Below, piece by piece: positions 61,591 through 64,000 of a stretch of 64,000 bases of DNA. Below the pieces are notes generated by a model that saw nothing but the letters and a program-made list of their open reading frames with translations, did not search any database and had not been told where the DNA came from. The stretch's first letter is position 1. The number at the start of each line of letters is the position of its first letter. A program made the position numbers and the translations under genes. This DNA is from Deltaproteobacteria bacterium (GTDB lineage Bacteria; Desulfobacterota; Syntrophia; Syntrophales; UBA8958): the NCBI GenBank assembly GCA_026388335.1, contig JAPLJZ010000268.1:1872-65871 (forward strand), read 5' to 3'.

Positions 61591-62568
61591 TCAGATTTTC
61601 CTTCCCACGACATAATCCGCCAGGGTCAGGAGGTCCTGAAGGGGCGCCTGGTCCGAAAAGATCGCAAGTTCCCTTTTACCGTCATCGATATAGGCACGGG
61701 CCATGTTCATGGCATAATCAATGCCGTCATCCCGGCGAATGAGCTCAAAAACAGCAAGGAGGGAGGTTTCATTCCTAGCCGGGTCGGTAACAACCGCCCT
61801 GATGCGCTGTCTTTCTTCCTCCGAACAGCGGCTGAGGGTCCGGATCAGGGGGAGCGTCATCTTACCTTCATCGAGATCCTTCCCGATGACCTTGCCGAAT
61901 TCCTCCTCCTTGGCCGTGTAGTCCAGGGCATCATCGACGATCTGAAAGGCAAAACCCAGATTGAGGCCGAACCGGCCCAGGGCGGCGACTTTTTCTTCCG
62001 GGGCGTCGGCCAGTAAAGCGCCTACGGCACAGGCCGCAGAAATCAGATGGGAGGTCTTCTTTTCAATAATTGCCAGGTACTCCTTTTCCGAGATCTCCGG
62101 ATCACCGCGCTTGACGAGCTGAAACACCTCGCCTTCAGCCATGAGGTTGGTTGCCCTGGCGAGGACCTTGATGATCTCTAGGTTCCCATATTTGGCCATG
62201 AGTTGGAAGGCTTCGGAATAGAGGAAATCGCCAACCAGGACGCTGGCGGCGTTCCCCCAGACGTGATTGGCCGCTGTTCTGCCCCGGCGCATGTCGGCGT
62301 TGTCGATCACATCGTCGTGGAGCAGGGTTGCGGTGTGAATGAATTCGATCACGGCGGCCAGGGGATGACGCCTCTCTCCCTCATACCCGCAGAGGGAAGC
62401 GGAGGCCATGAGGAGGAGAGGACGGAATCGCTTTCCGCCGCTGCCGATGAGATGCTGGCTGACCTGGGGGATCAGGCTGACGTCGGAACGAAGGGCAGCG
62501 GCCATATAGCCTTCCGCCTTCTGGAGGTCCGCCTGATACCTGTTAAAAACGTCTTGAATATTCATCAT
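61591..62568 (-). CDS. polyprenyl diphosphate synthase (IspB-like)
   Basis: Two Asp-rich motifs, LLHDDVIDNADMRRG and FQIVDDALD. Confidence 0.9.
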   Translation of the reverse strand: MMNIQDVFNRYQADLQKAEGYMAAALRSDVSLIPQVSQHLIGSGGKRFRPLLLMASASLCGYEGERRHPLAAVIEFIHTATLLHDDVIDNADMRRGRTAANHVWGNAASVLVGDFLYSEAFQLMAKYGNLEIIKVLARATNLMAEGEVFQLVKRGDPEISEKEYLAIIEKKTSHLISAACAVGALLADAPEEKVAALGRFGLNLGFAFQIVDDALDYTAKEEEFGKVIGKDLDEGKMTLPLIRTLSRCSEEERQRIRAVVTDPARNETSLLAVFELIRRDDGIDYAMNMARAYIDDGKRELAIFSDQAPLQDLLTLADYVVGRKI

Positions 62569-62604
62569 TCACAACTTTAAATTTGGCGCTGTATATGGCA
62601 CCCC

Positions 62605-63954
62605 TCAGGGAATGTCAATCGTTTCGGCAAAGAGATCATATTCATCGGCAGCCCGAATGCGGACGGGGATGATCTGGCCGGGCTTGAGTCGTTTTCCCCG
62701 GACGTAAGTCACGCCGTCGATTTCCGGGGCCTGGCGGGAGTTCCGTCCGAGGAATGGATAATCGGGCCGGTCGCTCTTCCCTTCGATGAGGACCTCGTCA
62801 AGGGAACCGACTTTCTGTTGCAGGATCGCGTAGGAAATGGCCGCCTGTTCCTCCATGAGCGCGTCCCGGCGCCGATTTTTCTCCGCCTCGGAAATGCGGG
62901 AGGGCAGGGTTGCCGCCGCCGTTCCCTCTTCCCGGGAGTAGGTAAATACCCCCAGATGATCAAAGCGCATCTCCCTGACAAAATCCATGAGGCGGTCAAA
63001 CTTCCTCCCGGTCTCGCCGGGAAAGCCGACGATGAGGGAAGTACGGATAGCTATCCCCGGTCCCGAAGCACGGACCATCCGGATGACTTCCCGCAGGTCC
63101 TGACTGTCGCCATGCCGATGCATGGCCTTAAGAATGTCATCGTCAATGTGCTGGATGGGCATGTCCAGGTAGGAACAGATTTTCTTTTCCCCCTCCAGGC
63201 GCCGAATCAACTCCGGGGTGATCTTGGTGGGATAGGCATACAGCAGGCGTATCCAGGCGATGCCATCCACAGCGGCAAGTTCCGACAGGAGGCGGGTCAG
63301 CCGGGGCCGGCCCCGCAGATCACTGCCGTATGCCGTCGTATCCTGGGCGATAACGATGAGTTCTTTTACTCCCTGTCCGGCAAGGGTCCGGGCTTCGGCA
63401 AGAATGTCCGCGGGAGGCCTGCTCCTGGCCCGGCCCCGGATGTCGGGAATGATGCAGTAGGCGCAGCGATTGCCGCAGCCTTCGGCGATCTTGAGATAGG
63501 CGCTGTAGGCAGGGGTCATGAGTAGGCGGGAATGTCCTGCCTGCATCAGGAAAGTCGGTTTGCCGACTTTCACCCTGTGGCCGATACTTGCCGCTGATTC
63601 CAATCTGGCAAGATGATCAGCGATATCAGGAACTTCCGCCGTGCCGAGGAAAAGATCCACTTCGGGGAGGGTCGGCGCAAGATCAAGGCCGTAACGCTGG
63701 GGAAGACAACCCGTAGCGACGAGATATGCACAGGCCCCCGTGCGCTTGTATTGGGCCATGAGGAGAATGGCTTCAATCGCCTCCTCCTTGGCCGGGAGAA
63801 TAAAGGCGCAGGTGTTGATGATCAGTATATGGGCCTCTTGGGGAGACTTGGTGATGCTGTAACCCCGGGAGGTCAGGATGGCCGCCATGACTTCGGAGTC
63901 CACAAGATTTTTGGGGCAGCCAAGGCTGAGGATGTGGAATTTCTTCTTTTTCAT
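62605..63954 (-). CDS. rimO: ribosomal protein S12 methylthiotransferase
   Basis: Begins MKKKKFHILSLGCPKNLVDSEVM (UPF0004 domain), with the radical-SAM motif CGNRCAYC and a C-terminal TRAM domain. The start was set at the internal Met with the Lys run. Confidence 0.9.
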   Translation of the reverse strand: MKKKKFHILSLGCPKNLVDSEVMAAILTSRGYSITKSPQEAHILIINTCAFILPAKEEAIEAILLMAQYKRTGACAYLVATGCLPQRYGLDLAPTLPEVDLFLGTAEVPDIADHLARLESAASIGHRVKVGKPTFLMQAGHSRLLMTPAYSAYLKIAEGCGNRCAYCIIPDIRGRARSRPPADILAEARTLAGQGVKELIVIAQDTTAYGSDLRGRPRLTRLLSELAAVDGIAWIRLLYAYPTKITPELIRRLEGEKKICSYLDMPIQHIDDDILKAMHRHGDSQDLREVIRMVRASGPGIAIRTSLIVGFPGETGRKFDRLMDFVREMRFDHLGVFTYSREEGTAAATLPSRISEAEKNRRRDALMEEQAAISYAILQQKVGSLDEVLIEGKSDRPDYPFLGRNSRQAPEIDGVTYVRGKRLKPGQIIPVRIRAADEYDLFAETIDIP

Positions 63955-64000
63955 GGATGGGTTTTCATAATGGTTATCTGAGCCTTGATGACTTAGCAAA

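Noticed and set aside
1-64000. CRISPR arrays, tRNA/rRNA genes, intact IS elements or prophage genes
   Set aside because: No regularly spaced direct repeats were seen. No tRNA-like T-arm or acceptor motifs were seen. No transposase or integrase-like ORFs appear in either the sequence or the ORF track.

Overview
This 64-kb chromosomal window probably comes from an anaerobic Desulfobacterota/Syntrophia-like bacterium. That is an inference from gene content only: a 2-hydroxyacyl-CoA dehydratase-family gene pair, a desulforedoxin-type domain and a candidate UGA-recoded selenoprotein.

About 40 kb (9.0-49.7 kb) is a complete type VI secretion system (T6SS) locus with all 13 core genes:
- a + strand vgrG operon (vgrG, a DUF2169/pentapeptide giant, a pentapeptide-repeat protein, DUF3540, PAAR-like DUF4150);
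- the - strand blocks tssJ-K-L-M-A, tssB-C-hcp-tssE-F-G and clpV;
- a second, orphan hcp next to a sigma-54-type enhancer-binding protein.

Sigma-54 -24/-12 promoters are readable upstream of the orphan hcp and of tssB.

Two non-T6SS blocks interrupt the locus:
- 17.7-27.0 kb holds a frameshifted metallophosphoesterase-autotransporter and an exported four-gene cluster: an FGE-sulfatase-type protein, a DUF4384 protein, a caspase lipoprotein and an S41-PDZ peptidase fused to a caspase. I consider this cluster the best candidate for an undescribed system.
- 29.6-33.0 kb holds a PrpB-like lyase, an IpdC/PDC-type decarboxylase and a membrane protein.

The flanks are ordinary:
- Left flank: a dehydratase-family pair, GNAT, a CGNR regulator, nitroreductase and a HAD dehalogenase.
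- Right flank: cutA, a TrmH-family methyltransferase, cupin, terC, lgt, trxB, a transglutaminase-like protein, nnr, an L,D-transpeptidase, an M14-like peptidase, a polyprenyl synthase and rimO.

The ORF track misses a 94-codon gene with an in-frame UGA after a Cys and a downstream hairpin (5685-5969, - strand).

No rRNA, tRNA, CRISPR array or intact IS element was seen. All family calls come from motif recognition by eye, with no database search.
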